The translations under genes were made by a program, and so were the position numbers. The notes beneath the pieces are model-generated. The model made no database searches and was not told the origin of the DNA. It was given only the letters and a program-made list of their open reading frames with translations. Shown here piece by piece: positions 27,313-40,597 of a stretch of DNA of 64,000 nt (position 1 is the first letter of the stretch; the number at the start of each line of letters is the position of its first letter). The stretch covers positions 141,228 through 205,227 of the IMG/VR virus record IMGVR_UViG_3300031576_000002; one strand, written 5' to 3'.

Positions 27313-28956
27313 TTTGGTTGGTCTTTCCAGCCCGCACTGAAGTCGTCCAATACAAAAAGGACTTCAGACTTGCACATGATCGGCTCTGTGGCGGCCCGCA
27401 TCTTAGTCATGAAGGCGGCGTCCTCCGCCTCCATTTCCTTCCCTACTTCATCAGCCCGCACCATGCCGTCGATCGCCATGAACATCAGGGAATCGTCTAC
27501 CTCGATGGTGTTGCCCCCAAGGTCGATGAACGAATGCAAGGTTCCTTGTTTGTCCACCCCTCGGAACACCATGAGGTTGATTGATGGAACCGAGAAGCCG
27601 ACGCCTTGGTAGCACTTGTCCTCACACTCGATCTCGGGGGAGAGGTAGACCATCAGCGGGCCTTCATTTTCGTTCATGTTTCTTTCCGCGGGATTAACCT
27701 GGCGCACAACGTCTCTAGAATGCGATGGTCCTCCAGGTACTCGATCTAAGCCACCATGGATTTGGCCCGATACCAAGCATAGTGCTCCGCCAAAATTTCG
27801 AGCCAAAGCTCGAAGTAGCTCATCCTGATTTCCTCTGGGCATCCCACATGTCCACCCCCACGACGATACCGTGCAGGTAGATCATGAGGCTTGCGGCTAG
27901 CGCAATAACCGCCTTGGGTAACTCCGGCACGACCTCGGGTTCCCGAAGCATCAGCGCTAGGTACATCGTCCAGCACGAAACGAACAACACCACCGTGACG
28001 CCGCGTAGCCAGCGGCCCAGCAACTTTGTCTCTTTCGGTGTCATGCTCATCTCAGGACCAAGCCGTTCGACCAAATGGTCACAGATTTCATTATCGTGTC
28101 GAAGACCGCCCGCTCCTGTCGGACCGCACGATGAAACTCCTCCACATCATCCCGACACAAATCCACGGGGCGACGCCCATCCATGATCGCGTCCCAGACC
28201 TTGATACGTCGGGCCTCCAACACCCACATGAGACGATCTCTCAAGACGGCCCCGAACACCAAGGCCTCGGATTTACTCACGGTCGGTACCATTTGATTCC
28301 CCCCAATCCCTTCCGTCGTACTGCCCCACCAGAGATAATACACCAACCAGTAGTGCAACCAGACCTACACTACCGTCTCGAACAACCGCTTAGTGTCTTC
28401 GGTCTCGTCGATCCAAGTGGCGCCACACCAGTAGCAGTGGCGGTGCAGATGCTCGCGCCCAGGGCAGTCCGAGCAGCACCTTTCCCACGGGCGGAAGAGG
28501 AAGCGCTCGATCAAGCGGCTGAGCCACCAGGGTTGTCCAGGCGCCCAGCAGGTCGCGAGTTCCGATTCGACCCCGCACTTGCGACACTGGCCCTGGGTGC
28601 CGGGCAGCCCCCGATAGCCCCAGGGGTAGCCCACGGGGGCCAGCGGGGGGATGCGCTCGACAAACGATGGGCGTGGCCCCTGGATCGTCACGGTAGAATC
28701 CTTCCCCAGTACCGTCCGTGCGACCGCTGGACCGCCGCCAAGGACTCGCCCCGCAGCACCACGACCTCGACATGGGACTTGTCCCTAGCCTCCTCGCGAT
28801 CAATCCGGAAGCGCTCTGCCAGAGCTTCACGGCCCCGCGTACCGAAGTCTTCCAGCCGCAGGAGCTTGCCCGCGGGCCGGTCGTACACGATGAGGAAGTT
28901 GAGCATCTCCATAGATAATACACCAGCGCACGCCGGAATATGCGCCGTGCTTCGCG

Positions 28957-29256
28957 CTACGCCTGGTATTTGCGCCACAATCGGCTACTCACAGTCTTGG
29001 AGGGTTTCCAAGCTGAGCACGCGCGAAACAGTTCTGCTTCCGTCGCGTTCCGGACGTTATCCCCGTTGCCCGTGCCCTTTAGCTGGTTGCACCAGCCATG
29101 CACCGCCTGTGTGTTCTCTAGCGTGTCCTTGCCGCCTTGCGATCTTGGAATGATGTGATCTACGGTAGCGTTGCGCCGATGCAGCTTTCTACCGCACAGG
29201 GCGCACACGTTCCCTTGATCTTTCATATTCTTGTCTAGCAAGTGTCGGTAGCTCAA
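28957..29256 (-). CDS. HNH endonuclease
   Basis: CALCG...TVDHIIPRSQGG...N...H..CNQLKG. Confidence 0.88.
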   Translation of the reverse strand: MSYRHLLDKNMKDQGNVCALCGRKLHRRNATVDHIIPRSQGGKDTLENTQAVHGWCNQLKGTGNGDNVRNATEAELFRACSAWKPSKTVSSRLWRKYQA

Positions 29257-29545
29257 GCCTCAGTTCTCTCGTGGTGGCAGATCCCGCTGGTACGTGACCA
29301 ACTCGCCAGCACCATTACGGAAAATGATCTCGATACAATCGTCCACTACTTTGAACAGTGCAGCTATGTGGCCATCCGTACCGAGCAGCACAGCCGCCTG
29401 GTACTCCCTGGAATCAAGTGCGGCGTAGATGCGGGCCAGGGCGGCGTCGAGCGGAAGCGACTCGCTCTCTTGCACCGTCAGGCAGACGCGCTTCCCGTCG
29501 CGGAAGAACGGGACCGTCAGGGGACCTTCGTCTTCATTCACGGCA

Positions 29546-30610
29546 CTAGGCCACCTTGTAAATGAGATGCCCGAACTCAGGGCGAAGAAACTTTCCTTCT
29601 TGCCGACTGCTGAACAGTCCCTGCCGCATCTCGAATTTCTCACCTGTTTCAAGCTGCTTGTACTTGACGGAAGCAGCGTGAGCTGGGAATCTGCTCGGGT
29701 CACTGGACTCCCTCACGGTAGAGAACAGTTGCACGATCCAGCCGTCCACCTCCGTCTCCGTATGACCCGACCCACGCCCGCAGTCCAACTTGTACATCTG
29801 ACCCCAGAAGGTCGGATCCTGCCACGAATCGGCAATGCGGTGGATCAAAGATGCAACCCGCTTGATCCAATAGAGTTGCGTCTTTGTCTGATCGTAAGTA
29901 TCAAGAATGTTGATGTCCCTGCCAGACCAGCTACCGCTGTGCTTGCTGTACGGGACGGCCGCCACTTCGTACTGGTTCTCCATTCGCGGAAAAAAGATTG
30001 ACTGCAACTTGTCCCACGAACTACGCAACAGCTCCCAGTCATCCCGCGACCCTTGGACGTCAATTGCGGGAAAACCGCACAAAGTCGTGGAGTAGTAGTA
30101 GTAAGGACTCACCATGTCGGCGAGAGCGGCGTACCGTGCGAATCGTTCGCGCTCACCTGAAGTCGTGAACTCGGGGAAAAAAGTGCTGGTGTCGGTAGGA
30201 ACGTACTTCTTCAGTTCCTCAATCAAACTGTCCATCGGCATCGTGTCCATGGAGCCCGATACGACTACTACCAAGGCTTTGTCCTCCCGTGTCGTAAACA
30301 AATCCCGAAAGGCAGCAGGATCTTTCGATACCATCTCCGTCAGCTCGCACAGGATCGTGTACCAGATGATGTCCGGCGTCACAACGATTCCTTGGTGCGT
30401 TGCCCAAGCGTATGTGAGGTAGTCCACCCAGTTGCGGTGAAAGACTTCGCCCGTCAGGTTGTGCTTGATTAGGTTTGGCTTCTTGCCTTTTGGCTTTTCG
30501 CGATGTCGCTGACTGAACAGATCCAGCGTTTCCGATGCCCGTCCCAGCGCTCGCTTTGAACCGTGTTTCCGAGGCACAACTTCCAGGTTTTCATCCAAGT
30601 TCAGAATCAT
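29546..30610 (-). CDS. DUF4419-like protein
   Basis: AWATHQGIVVTPDIIW...FTTS...TLCGFPAIDVQGSRDDW...GSG...VDGWI. Confidence 0.75.
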   Translation of the reverse strand: MILNLDENLEVVPRKHGSKRALGRASETLDLFSQRHREKPKGKKPNLIKHNLTGEVFHRNWVDYLTYAWATHQGIVVTPDIIWYTILCELTEMVSKDPAAFRDLFTTREDKALVVVVSGSMDTMPMDSLIEELKKYVPTDTSTFFPEFTTSGERERFARYAALADMVSPYYYYSTTLCGFPAIDVQGSRDDWELLRSSWDKLQSIFFPRMENQYEVAAVPYSKHSGSWSGRDINILDTYDQTKTQLYWIKRVASLIHRIADSWQDPTFWGQMYKLDCGRGSGHTETEVDGWIVQLFSTVRESSDPSRFPAHAASVKYKQLETGEKFEMRQGLFSSRQEGKFLRPEFGHLIYKVA

Positions 30611-33036
30611 TTCAATCTCCTATCGTTGACTGTCACCATCCCAAGTCCTTCTTGACGTCTTCTGGGTCGCATCCCCAGCGCTTGCGGAACCCGATCCTGA
30701 GTCGATCCGCCAGTGAGAAGAGGAACAAAGAGATACCGAAATGAACCCCCATCAAGACGCCAGCAGTACGATCCCGCAGACCGAGCCACACGACAAACGC
30801 AAGCACCGCCCCAAAGGCCCCCACGTTGAGCCCCAGGCACGCGAGGCCCGTCCGCCGCACGTCGCGCTGGAGGGATCGGGTCTTGATGCCGTCAGGCTTC
30901 ATCGTCCCACTTGCCCTCCGGCCATCCCGTAGCGTCGCCCCACTCTTCCCGCTTCCATCCGTTTTCGCCATCAACTGGGTCCAGCAGCGCCCGGTGGGTT
31001 GCGCAGGCGTCGGGTGGATCGCAGGCGTCCGCCTTCGACTTCGCGGCAATATCCGCGAGGATAGCGCGTTTCTCGTCTTCGAGTTTGGACTCGTCGATCC
31101 CGAAGAATTCGGCCAGCAATGACTTGATGCTGAAGGGCACCGGAATCAGTTCGTCCTGCCGCAGCCCGCAGCGCCGCTCTCCATCTTGGTCACAACGGTC
31201 GTCATGCCGATGGTACTTCGCCAGCGTGAGGCCCTTGCGGAAACTCGACACGAGCCAGTCGAGTAACTCCCCACATGCCTGGGACTTGTCCGCCACCAGG
31301 CGCAGCTTATCGTGTTCAGTCATTCTACCTCTCGCCTACTTCGGGCGAGCGTGCGCCAAACCAGAAGATACATCCGCCGCTCTATGGCGTTCGTGCTCTG
31401 ACATTCGATTCCAAAGTTTATCCATCTGGCCCAGTATTGCATCCACGGCTTCGGACTCGTCCTCATCTATCGGCACCAACTCGTGCAGCAGCTTGATGTA
31501 TTCTTCGTAGTCAGCGTTCATGTCTTCCCGGCGCAACTCGGGCTCCGCTCGAATATCGGGCAGCTCGCCAAAGTCCTTTTGGGTAGAGCTGCCCGAATAG
31601 GAGGGTTCTCTTCATCTCGTAACTCGATCGGGGAGTTGGCAACGCACCAACTCGGCTGCGTCGTGCGCCCGCACCCGGGACTCACCCTTGAACCAGACGC
31701 AGTCAGGATCATACAACTGATCCTCCAGTTGGTTTTCTGCCTTCCTCCAGACTTGCTCTTCGTCCTCTCCCCACCACAGTTGCAACTCAGTGATTCCTAG
31801 TCCACCAGTTCCTCGTGCCACAACCCACATGTCGCCCCCTATTTCTTCTTCGCCGCCTTCGGCTTCGCTGCCTTGACGAGCGCACGGCACAGCGCCTCAT
31901 TCAGCGTCTTGCCCTGGACCCAATCCGTAAGTGCGTCGTGGGAATGGCAGGATCCAACCTTCCACTCATCGCGCAGGTGCGAAATATGGAGGTCGCCATC
32001 GGGCAAGCGGTAGACGAGTTCTTCGATCAGGTCAGGAATCGTACTCGGATCTCTGGACGGCCAGCGTGCGCACATGTTTGGGTACACTTTCCAAACGTCG
32101 CGATCAAGCTTTATCGGATCTGGAATCTTCATGTGGTATGTCTTTCCTGCCCCGTAAAGGATTATACACCGACAGACCGCCAAAGTAGCGGTCGTAGAAC
32201 TCGTGGATCTTGTCGTCAGCTTCCAGCACCGGCAGCACGTCCTGGGGGTTGTAGTAGCGCGGCGCCAGGACAAGGGCTGCCGGGGCTGCGTCCGCGCTTC
32301 TATCGGCGATGAGTTTCATCGGCGTGGTCGGGTAGACTTCTTACGGTCGCGCCAACTCTGCACCCAGAACACCGATAGCTGCACCGGATTCACCAGGTAG
32401 AAAGTGAAACCATCATCGGCTGGAACATTGAGGAAATTCCAGTCCTGCTCTCGCTTGCACCACTCCCTGTATGAAACTAGGGAACCCTTGTCTACTTGAG
32501 TTTGGTAATGATAGTCGCGAAACCACCTCTGTCCTCGGAACCACTCATACCGCGCGTGATCCTGAATGAAATAGGTGCCAAGAATCTTTTTCTCGAAAAA
32601 GTAGATGATGACATCGGCCATGAGACGGTATTGATAGAGGGCTGCAAGCGCGGCTTCGTTCTTCCCGTACTCAGAGGAATCCAGCACTGCCGGCAAATAC
32701 GCACTGGCTTCCGCAAGCGCCCACTCCGTATGCTGGAGCTGGAGTTTCTTGAGTTGCTTCATCAGACGCGCAGGATTCCCGTGGCTGACCCAAAAGCCTG
32801 TGGGTATCTTGGTGCTCATTTTTCGTCATCCTGGAAGATCAACCACAGGATCTCGCGTGCCGCGGCGTTCCGAACCGAGATGTCGGTCAAGCCGTAGCGA
32901 TCGTGCAGCAACATCGCGACGTTCGCGACGTAGCCCTGGAAGAACCCGGGGTCCGCTTCGAAGGCGTCGCGCATCACTTGGCATGCTTCAGCCTCGCGCC
33001 ACGCTTGCGCGGCCCATCCTCGTGCTTCCGATTCGG

Positions 33037-33521
33037 TCATGACCTCTCCTCCACAGTTCGCACTTGAAGTATCGAGCGCATTATGCTGGGCACATTTGTG
33101 CAATCGGACAGAAAGTCTACGGTAAGCTTCCCAAGCACTTCCCCATCAGTCGGTTCCCGCCGCAACTTTTTCGCCATCTGGGTGCGAACACCTTGAACGT
33201 GAAGGCGCGCCATACCTTCCCGGAGCAAGAGTTCGCGCTGTTCTTCCGGAGTCAGTAAAAGTTGTAGAAGATCGAACGGACGAACCAAGTAGCGCCAGCT
33301 CACAAGACGGCCATGCTCAAACCGGAGGGCTACATCGAAGTAGGTTGTCTTTGCGTGGGCATCGCACCACACGGTCGCGTCCTCTTCAAACGCTTCCGTG
33401 TCGGGCAGTCGGGTCTTAACCCGCGCACGTAGCACTTGAACTGGGCCTCGACGTTATCTCGTGCCATACCGCAGGTAGGGCACTTCCACCCGTCGATGAA
33501 GGCACTGTCAAACATTCCCAT
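33037..33521 (-). pseudogene. Frameshifted MGMFD-CxxC phage protein
   Basis: MGMFD..KCPTCG..QFK (33330-33521) continues in frame 33037-33435 after ~33415. Confidence 0.55.
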
Positions 33522-33674
33522 GGTTCACCTCGGCTTTCGGTTCTGGAGGAGGACATACACAGCACGAATCGTCTTGGTCCTCCGGCCGTCCATCGCGGCA
33601 CTCAGGACACATCAAGCCGCACCGATACCCACCATCCCCGATCCGGTGCTGCCCTCGCCCGCAATCTTCCTGCT

Positions 33675-34499
33675 TCACGGTGGAATAATCGGATCCGCCT
33701 CGTGAAAAATGACGTCTACACGGTTGGTAACGGAACTGAATTTGGGAAGAGTCAGAAGAACAACGTCCGATCTTTCGACTGACAGATTTGGATTCTGACG
33801 GGCGTCATGTTTGGGCGGCAGTCGATCAATTTCTTCTGGGGCAAATGGGCGATTGACGGTCCGCCGTTGGTAGAAACTACCGCGTTTGAGAGGCGCTGCC
33901 AGATCATTCCAATTGTAACCCTTCTGGAACAGCATTTCTTGCATGTCTGACTGCTTCTTACCGTGCAGCTCTTTGTGAGAAAAATGAGCACGAGCCAGCA
34001 TCTGGACGCTGTTTTTGGCAGCGTCTTGCTCTCGCCACAATACCGCGTTCGCGGCCTCCCACAACGTAGGCACTGTGTAAGCTCGGCAATCAAACGAAAC
34101 TCTCGCCCATTCTTCATCGTGACGTCTAATAAATAGCGGCCCCTGGAGGACAAAGGCGGTGGTTGCCATTGAAGCGATGACCGATACCAATTTCTGGATT
34201 CGGCCGTTGAAGAAAATCTCACTCGCGTAGGAGTCGGAGTACAGCACCAAGGTGATTTCGTCGGACTGGCAGTATCCGATTCGAGCGTTGGTTTGTTCGA
34301 CGAGATGACGAGTGACCGCCCTCATCAAGTTGACAAATCCGACGTCAAAGGGACGCTCTAGGCCAACGGTGAAAGTATGAAAAGAACGGCCGTCGATACG
34401 AACAATAACAGGCAGCAAAGGCATAAACTTCTCACCTGCATGGATACTTTCCAGCATTTTCATCCGGTCGCCCAAATCATCGGGGCCTGGATAACCCAT
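33675..34499 (-). CDS. thg1: tRNA(His) guanylyltransferase Thg1-like protein (3'-5' polymerase)
   Basis: LGDRMK..E, VRIDGRSFHTFT, YCQSDEI, FDCR, WREQDA.KNS, NWND, KRG. Confidence 0.95.
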   Translation of the reverse strand: MGYPGPDDLGDRMKMLESIHAGEKFMPLLPVIVRIDGRSFHTFTVGLERPFDVGFVNLMRAVTRHLVEQTNARIGYCQSDEITLVLYSDSYASEIFFNGRIQKLVSVIASMATTAFVLQGPLFIRRHDEEWARVSFDCRAYTVPTLWEAANAVLWREQDAAKNSVQMLARAHFSHKELHGKKQSDMQEMLFQKGYNWNDLAAPLKRGSFYQRRTVNRPFAPEEIDRLPPKHDARQNPNLSVERSDVVLLTLPKFSSVTNRVDVIFHEADPIIPP

Positions 34500-36815
34500 G
34501 TTTCTCACGGAGTCTCTCCCTCCTGCTTCACTTGAACACCAGGACAGCCTTCTGGTCACCCGGGATCTTATCGAGCACGTCCTGCATCTTGATGTTGCGC
34601 CCGCTCAGGATCTCGGCCACCAGCGGGTGGGGATCCTTCCCGAAAGACCCCAACTCGTGCGTCCAGACGGACCGTCCAACCAGCGCTTCTAAGCGCTCGT
34701 GCACCAGCTCAAACGGAACCGTCAGGGGGGTCATGAACAAGAGGCTCAGCTCTTCGGCCCGCTCTTCACGAGGCGCCGCCCGGACCGACTCCATCGTGCT
34801 GCGCAGCCGCGCTCGGCAAGCCTCGCACCACTCCTTCGCCCCTACCTTCTGGTTGCAAATCCCACAGGTTCTCGTGCCCAGTTCGGCGCTCATGTCAGCG
34901 CTCCATTCCGTTTTGTTAGTTTCGTTACAGCGTCAAGGACTCGAAGCAAGAAATCATTTCTCTGTTTATACTCCGGAAATAGACGATCCCACACTTTGCA
35001 CTCTTTCGACGTTCGGTCTGCCTCTGCATGACAGTCCGTAAAATCCAATTCTTCCACATGACGGAGCAGACTTGCGTCTTTTTCTACGCAAGACAGACAG
35101 TGTTCAACTACCGTAGCAACGTAGTCGTCTCTCTTCCTTGTTCTTGGCCAGTAGAATTTAGTCTCTCCGGCGCTATCAACGAGGAAGAACGAAAATGATC
35201 TCAAAGTGACGAACACTGGACTGCCAACTTCTATCGCGGCGCCACATCCCGAGCAGAAATGTTTCTTGCCAGATGGATCCATGTCAGTTCTCCAACGGGT
35301 TCGGCTCGACAATCTTGGTTCGGAAGGGCCACCAGCAGGGCGCCACCCACACGACTCCGGTTGGCCCCGCGGCCCGCTCGATTCTCTTGCCATCGGGCAG
35401 GTAGGCAACGCCTGGCCCTCGTAGAAACTCTACCAGGTGCCACCCCAGCCAAATCTTCAGGCGAGGGAACCGGCCGAGGCTGGAATGTTGGTACATGCCC
35501 GGTGCCCCCTCACCAGTCACAGGGCGTGACCTTCCCGCTCTTGATGTGCTTCTCTGCCCGAAGTATCACTTCACGCAGCATCTTTGCACGCGCGGCTAGG
35601 TCGTCCAGCGCATCCTTCCTCGTGTCGCCCTCGCCTTCGATCAACGCCATCCCTACGGGATTCATGATGGCGGCTCGCCACCACGTCTGCCTTCGCCCTA
35701 CGACTACTTCCCCGAGGGTCTTGTCTAAAAAATCAATGAACACGCTACTTGGCTTCTTCATGGCTCGTCCTCTCGCTCAGTCAGCTCGAACCGAATCGAG
35801 TCGCCCAGCACGATAACTTGACCGCAGCCCTCGACAGGACACACGCCCCCAACACCCGGATCCTTGAACGCTTCCGACTTGCTCTGCTCTCTGTGAGCCG
35901 GGCAGTAGTTCTCGTACTTCGCCACCACGTAGCTCCAACCCTTCGTCTTGCCTGCGGACTCGGGTAGCGTGCCGGTGAGGCCCAAGAGGATGCCGACGAG
36001 CCCTTCATGCCCGGGTGGTCGCCGTTCATGCGTCAGGCCGGTCTTGAGATCGTGGTAAGGAGCGAGTCGGCAATCCTGCACCTGAATGGCCGGATCCATC
36101 AGCAATGTTTCGTTGCACCAAACTCGCTGCTGGATCAGACTCGCTATTGCGTCGCGGTCCGTTTTGGTTGCCCGGTTCATCACCTCGATGATGCGGCGGG
36201 CGATCAGGCGGTTGACGGAGTCGGGTGTAGGGGAGTCGCGCGTCATGCCTTCTACGCAACCACGATACCCTCCTCCACACTCGTGAACTACTATGGCGCA
36301 ACCATCTGCAATCTTGCGCTGCTCCTCATCACAGGCATGGCAATCGGCTATCAAACCGGAAAGAGACTCACGTTTTACCGCCACGAACTCGTGGTTCAAC
36401 TGGTCCATCAGTGGGTCAGCCATTGGGCGTTCCTTTCCCGGCCAAGATGCCATACGCAAGACACCCAAACCGCATATCGTCATCGGTCTCGCCCGGCACG
36501 AACCTCTTGCGGCAAAGGTTGATGTCTACTATCTCAAAGCCTGCGGGAATTGCGTGGTACCATTCGCCTGGAAACAGCAGCAACACACCGCCACTAGCGT
36601 CCAGTTCATCCCAAGGGCGCAGCCCCATCTCGCACAACGCAAGATATGACATGGTGCGGAGCGACTCCCAGTCGCAGGGAGCGCACGCTGGGATCGGAGC
36701 ACCGGCCTCGCGCTCAAACTGCGGCGTCACGATGTTGACTGGATCGTCAGGGCCAGCGCCAATAGCACGCCGAAGCCGGGCGGCCAACTTGGACTCCCGT
36801 CCACTCTGTAGTAGA

Positions 36816-37208
36816 TCAGCCATGATTCTCACAGTTTTCCTTTCGCCGGCCGCAGCAGAAGCAAACACCTATCAAGGACAAATTCTCTTCATCCTCTGCC
36901 AACCTCTTAGCAAAGGCTGCGTCTTCTTCCGGGGTGTAGCTTTCTGGACTCGGGTTCCAGATACTAAGTTCATTGTGAAACTTGCCGACATCAAACGCGC
37001 TCCACCCGGAAGGAATCTCTTTTCCCGTCTTAGTCCAGTTTCTTCTAGCGTCAGATTTGCTCTTGAAGGCCATCAGCATAACCAGCAAGTCGTACATATC
37101 AGTAGTTGGCTCCACCGTAATTACTTCTTCTTCGTCGGGAAAAATCAGCTTTTTATCCCCTTCTTTGAGATTTCCAAGTACCATCACGTTCAACACACGC
37201 TTTTTCAT
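36816..37208 (-). CDS. Protein with S4-like (TyrRS C-terminal-like) RNA-binding motif
   Basis: MYDLLVMLMAFKSKSDARRN...VGK resembles LLV..G...SKSEARR...GK. Confidence 0.5.
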   Translation of the reverse strand: MKKRVLNVMVLGNLKEGDKKLIFPDEEEVITVEPTTDMYDLLVMLMAFKSKSDARRNWTKTGKEIPSGWSAFDVGKFHNELSIWNPSPESYTPEEDAAFAKRLAEDEENLSLIGVCFCCGRRKENCENHG

Positions 37209-37977
37209 TTCGGCATTTCGGCTGGCAGTACGGGCCGTGGGAAGCACGACAGCGTGATACCCGACGAATCGCTAACGAAGAAACATACTTCTGCGTCCGA
37301 CCAACATCTCGTAATCACTGCTCCAAATCTTCCACCCTGTTGCACCCATTCGTCGCACTGTCTACCCCCCGCGACCTCGGGCTGGGGCGCTGGCGCAGCA
37401 GGGGGCTGATTCAACTTGCTCGTGTCCAGGGTTGAACGTGGCGCGACGACGGCCTGGACCAGCATGCCACCACCCGCGGCGAACAAGGTTAACCCAAAAA
37501 CTAAGAAATACTCGGTGCGTTTCATTTTGCCCTCCGCTTCCTCAGTTCTGCCGCACGATCGGCTGCCTTCGTAAGCCGTGCGCTGGCCCGCGTGAATTGA
37601 TGAGCCCGGTAACGCAGGGATACTTCCAGCTTGCGCAGAGCCGCGACTTCAGTGTCGGCGTATTCAACCGCTGTCTCCGGTCTGTTTGAGTGTGTTCTCG
37701 CAGTAGCCGCCCAATCAAGTTTCGACCAGCCAGGTATACGATTATAATTCTTTGTCCAAACTTTCATGTGCGCCGCTTTCTCGGTTGAAAGTCTTGCCAG
37801 TACTCCGACCGTATCCCGGGCTTCACTCCGCTCAGAGCCAGCAGAGCGTCCTGGAGTCCAGCCGCGTACCCACCCTCAAACCCTTCACGTGCGAACCCGC
37901 GGGGATAAATCAAATATGCATTGCGGGAGGCCGCGATTGACTCGTCTACACGCTTGATCGCTTTCAGGATGTTGCGC

Positions 37978-38524
37978 TTAGACATCGGTCTTTAGCTCCA
38001 GTGGCCGTGCGCCAATGCGCTCAACCCGCGTGATGGCCGCCACGTCCCAGATGCAACCCGAGGCGCAATCCCAGCCGTAGTACCACAGCATTCCAGGGTG
38101 CAGCCGCAGACCCCACTGGTACGGCGCGATTTCGATCCCGGCATACCGCTCGGCTACCGCGTGCCAGTCCGGCGGATCCGAATAATACGGCCGGGCCTGG
38201 GGAACAAACTCGTGGTGGAATGCGAGCAAACTCCTCCTCGCTGCGGATCACCAAGATCCGGTCCAGCGCGACCTCGAAGCGGTACCAGTGGGGGCGGAGG
38301 CCAGAGAGGAAACTCTCGGCCTGGCACCACTCTATCCATGAGTTACCGACGCCGTACCAGACACCTGGCGGCTTTCCATTTGGCCGCGCCTTGAACTCCG
38401 CGAGAGACTGGAGCACCAGCGCGTCCTCATCGGAGCTATGGATCCTGTCGTCTGGCCCCACGGCTTCCGGCACCATGCAGAAGCGGTTCTCTCCCTGCGC
38501 GGAAGGACACGCGACGTAGGCCAC
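37978..38524 (-). pseudogene. Frameshifted conserved viral protein (KPxGxW...W..WC / DW..VA..Y.GIEI...WYYGWDCASGCIW)
   Basis: One extra T at GAG-TTTG-CTC (~38228) separates two halves of one family pattern. Confidence 0.65.
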
Positions 38525-40187
38525 AGGGTTAACCTCCGGCTGCATCAACGTCCTCACACACGGTCGAGTTCCCCTCGGTGCAGCACTCGGAAGCCCAAGT
38601 AGTTCCATCCACACGCTCCCCTGAGTAGATAATACACCGCGCAGGATCAGATTCTACGCCGCAGCCAAGCAGGAGCACTACCACCGCCCAGCAAATAACA
38701 TCAATCACATTCATACCACATCTCCCCTCGGCGCCGCTCGACAAGAACTCCACCTTCGTCGAACAGTCCGAGATCAAGATTCGTCGTGCGGCATAGGTGA
38801 CGGTATGCCAACCACGCCTGTTTGAGATCATCTGCAAGAACAAGATCGACGGGGAACTCGGCCAGCGGAGAGTTCCAAGCGATACGGATGGGATAAATCA
38901 AACTGTTTACCGGGTAGTGCCCCTTGGGCCTGATAGCGAACATCACTTCCTCGGCAGTACCAGCTTACGGATTTTGGGGCGTATCTGCTGACGTATCTTC
39001 CAAAGATCAAAGGATCCTTGCGCGTTTAGCCACACATCAGGCGACGTGCGGAAGGCTACCCCCAGCCGAGATGGTCGCGGATCTTGGCCTGCATCTGGGC
39101 GAGGTCGCGTTCAGTTGGAACGCTATCCTCAGAACTCTTGGCCGGTTCTACTCCATGTGCCCCGTACTTCTCCTTCCAGCACTCCAAGCAGAGCCCGTCG
39201 AATTCAACGTGGAACCGCTCATACTCTCCGGAAGAAAAACCACAGGCATGGCAGGTAACCCGGCGGGCACGAGGCTGACTACTGGAGGACTCTTTCAAAT
39301 CGCTCATGGCTCCCTCGGATACAACCGTGCTAACTCTTTCACTGCCCACCGAATTCGACCTACATCGTACAAAGTCAGAGGCTCTCCGGTTAACGCCAGG
39401 CCCGTCGTATACGTTTTGTACGGAGCGATCAGAGTCACCAACTGCTTCAGTTCTTCCGGCACTCCAGCGGCCTCAATCGCTTCAGCAATAGACATAGACG
39501 GATGCTCACGGCTAACCCAATTTGTACCCGCAAGAAGTAGTTTTTCGTGCCTAGTCATGGCTTCCTCGACAGAGTTGACCGATGCGCTGCTTCAATCCCT
39601 CGCGCAGCATCCCCTTGATTGTCTCGATCGCAGTATCCGGATTCGCCAGTACCTCGCGCGTCCATGTCTTCGTGGCTTCTCGCTCCGCTCGCAAGCTCGC
39701 CACCTTGGCCCCGTGGTAGGCGGGATCAAGGCAAAGATAGATCGGATGCAGGTTCATCTCTTGGAGCATGGGCTTGCAGAGATTCAGCAACGCTTGTACG
39801 AATCGCTCTTCGCGTGCCCCGACATTACAATACAATTCAAATACGTCGATTCGGCAGCCGGGTGGATCCTCAATCCTGCGGTACCCTACGAGCACCTCTT
39901 CATCAAGTAGCAGGCGAACGGCATTCCGCACGATCTCAAGTCCAGCTTCGATGGCGGGTGATTTATTCATGGGCCGATCCTATCTGTGCGACCGTGGCGA
40001 CGTGCTGGACCGTACACCTGTTCCCAGCACACGCGCTTTGAGTTTCCGCTAGCCCGGCAATGGTCGTAGGCATCACGCGACGGGTTCACGACTTTGGGCG
40101 CCAACACACACAGCACGAGTAGAACGAAGAGCGCCGCTACCAGGAGCGCACACGCTTTGAACTGTTCTCGTGCGCGTGTATCCATAT

Positions 40188-40597
40188 TTACTTTGTAGAC
40201 GCCCAACCAGCCGCCCGTACTTCTGCCATCCACGGTGGATCTTCGTCAGGCAGTCCCAGCGCCTTCCGAATTGGCTTCCGGTCTTCGTAACTTTCAGCCG
40301 TAGCGAGCAGCACTTTCTTAGGCACTGGACGCAACGGAGGCCCATGGGCGTTGTCCGCCCAGCACTTTCCATCTGCGTCAATCGCCCACGTAGAAGGAAT
40401 GTCCCAGCCTTTGTGGTGAAGAAATCCATGCCCGCGCAGAGGAAGGGGGGGGGGGGGGGAAACTTCTTGCTGATGTCGAACACGACGCGGCCGCCTGGTA
40501 CCGGAAGTCGTGCCAACCCCTCCTGCACGTGTCCATTTACACGATCCCGCGCGTAGTTCATGACGGGATCGAATCCGAGCGGTAGCTTGACAGCCAT
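40188..40597 (-). pseudogene. Gene switched out of frame by a C15 tract
   Basis: With C13 or C16 it reads ...KKFP(n)LPLRGHGFLHHKGWDIP...PPWMAEVRAAGWASTK-TAA(40188), ending 2 nt before the next ATG (40185). Confidence 0.7.
40445..40459. repeat. G15 homopolymer (C15 on coding strand)
   Basis: Longest homopolymer seen in the window. Confidence 0.95.

Noticed and set aside
40073-40444. C-terminal part of track ORF 40073-40648
   Set aside because: Out-of-frame product of the C15 tract; it overruns the next gene
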